Below, piece after piece: positions 62,473 to 64,000 of a stretch of 64,000 bases of DNA (positions within the stretch are counted from its first letter, which is position 1; every line of letters starts with the position of its first letter). The notes under the pieces were generated by a model. It was not told where the DNA came from and made no database searches. It saw nothing but the letters and a program-made list of their open reading frames with translations. This DNA is from Paraspadella gotoi. Taxonomy: Eukaryota > Animalia > Chaetognatha. The translations under genes and the position numbers were made by a program. The stretch covers positions 22,792,638 to 22,856,637 of the forward strand of contig CM119266.1 of NCBI GenBank assembly GCA_051294375.1, given 5' to 3'.

Positions 62473-64000
62473 AGCTCGAGGGCGCGAAAATTTAAAAATA
62501 GCCAAATTCGATGTATATATTTTATAAAATTATAATATTTACTTGTAATTTTCGTTTTTATTGAGAAACAGAAATGGATAGGAACAGTTTAAATTTACGG
62601 AGATAAAGAATTCTTCAAAATGACAGGTAATGACGTTAATAAGTTTATATGGAATAGAAATAGATGCAAAAAATCTGGTCTCGATTACTTTTTTATCGAA
62701 AGAAAAAAGATTTTTAGTCATAGATGGAGCCAGCGGGATGAAAGATCTAACAACCTTCCTTAACTCTACAATGATTGAGGGGGGGGGGCGCAAGCAGGTG
62801 ATCTGGATCGCATCTCGGACGTCAACTTATTTTCTTCATGAAAAGTCAAATCGGGAAAAACTTATTTTTAACAATGATCGTCTCTGTATCCTCGTCGTCT
62901 TCGGCATCTTCGCCGTCGGCGGCTGCGGGAGCGGCGGTGGCGAAGGCGGCGGCGGCGGCGACATGAGACCACCCAGAAAGTCCCTCGGATCGGGCGTTTG
63001 GCTTATGATCGTCCTCTGCCCGCCAGGCGCCTCAGATTCTGTCGTGTTTCGCGTCGCGATTTTTTAAAGATCGAGTTTCGATCTTGGATTCGGGAATCGA
63101 GGGGAAGCTGGAAGGAAGGAGAAGTACGAAGAATTACCAATGGGTCGATTAATTAAGATCCGAGGAGAAAAGAATTTGAAATTGGAGAAATTTGCTGACG
63201 TTGAAGATAATTAAAAGTCCCTTTTTTTGACCCAGTTGCGTGGAAAAAAAAGTTTTTCGGGGCGGTTTTTAGGGTTTTGGTTCTTTTTTAAGCAACTAAA
63301 TGTTTGTTTCGATGGTTGTCATAGAAACCAAAATCTAACTTTCTTTTATTCTCACCCTATGTTATCGACTGTCATATAAGTAAGTTTGATTTAATAATCC
63401 ATATGTAATACAAAGTACCAAGTCTTTAGGCTTATTTCAGAGGCCAGACAGCTCCACCTTCTTGCCTTTAAGGGATTAGAGACTCAAGCGCAACCCTAAA
63501 AAAAGGCCCACCTCCAACTTGAAAGGGACGACGGGACCACCCCTGCCGAGACCAACTCGAATTCTCTACGACTTCTCTCTCAGTTTTTCTCGAAAGGAAA
63601 TTCTGGTTCTTCATCCATAACGGGATCAAGGACTCTGCCGACGGAAGAACGAAGACACGAGCGGGAGGATGACGACGTCGTCGCGATGACGACGACGAAT
63701 AAGACGACGACGAAGACGATAAAAAATACCCCTAGGGATCGATAGAAAATAGTACCAAAGTTAATTAGCAACGAATTCTGAATAAAAGTTTACTTGATTG
63801 CAAATACGATATACTGTCGTTTGGCTTAGCACAGAATCTAGCAAATATTATTTTTCTCCCCCCCCCCAAAAAAAAATATTTTTTTCTGATTCGTTCGTCG
63901 TAATTCATCTTCGTCTCGTTTCTGTGAGACAGTTTTTATTTATTTTTTTATCATTTTTATTTTATTTTTGTTTCAGCGGCAGGGCATGAAAACCGCGAAA

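Noticed and set aside
62630-63067. 145-aa plus-strand ORF and the overlapping minus-strand poly-Pro frame
   Set aside because: Both are driven by (GGC)n low complexity and show no recognisable domain or consistent splice boundaries.

Overview
This is eukaryotic, almost certainly bilaterian invertebrate, genomic DNA dominated by (GA)n/(CT)n, (GAAA)n and (GAC)n microsatellites. Nearly all ORFs in the supplied track are microsatellite translations. Much of the window is redundant: four multi-copy blocks (about 1-5880/6836-13010; 17841-23120/23121-28197; three copies within 29601-38547; 53578-54395/54409-55300). They differ mainly by single-base indels and mostly lie next to 25-N gaps, which points to unpolished long-read gap-filling artefacts rather than real duplications. 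Three features are well supported. (1) A minus-strand, multi-exon SIAH/sina RING E3 ubiquitin-ligase gene at about 33395-35848, fragmented by indels so the ORF track shows only pieces. (2) A mir-10-family microRNA hairpin at 44452-44536 (+). (3) An intact tRNA-Pro(CGG) at 58530-58601 (-). Also seen are a DINE-1/Helentron-like element, a MITE-like insertion with telomere-like repeats inside a siah intron, a 3x64-bp minisatellite, and a dense cluster of Cdx/posterior-Hox-type TTTA(C/T)G motifs 3-4.5 kb downstream of the miRNA. I found no homeobox. I cannot demonstrate a wholly new biological system. The best lead is a divergent mir-10 paralogue with a Hox-like enhancer signature but no visible Hox gene nearby.
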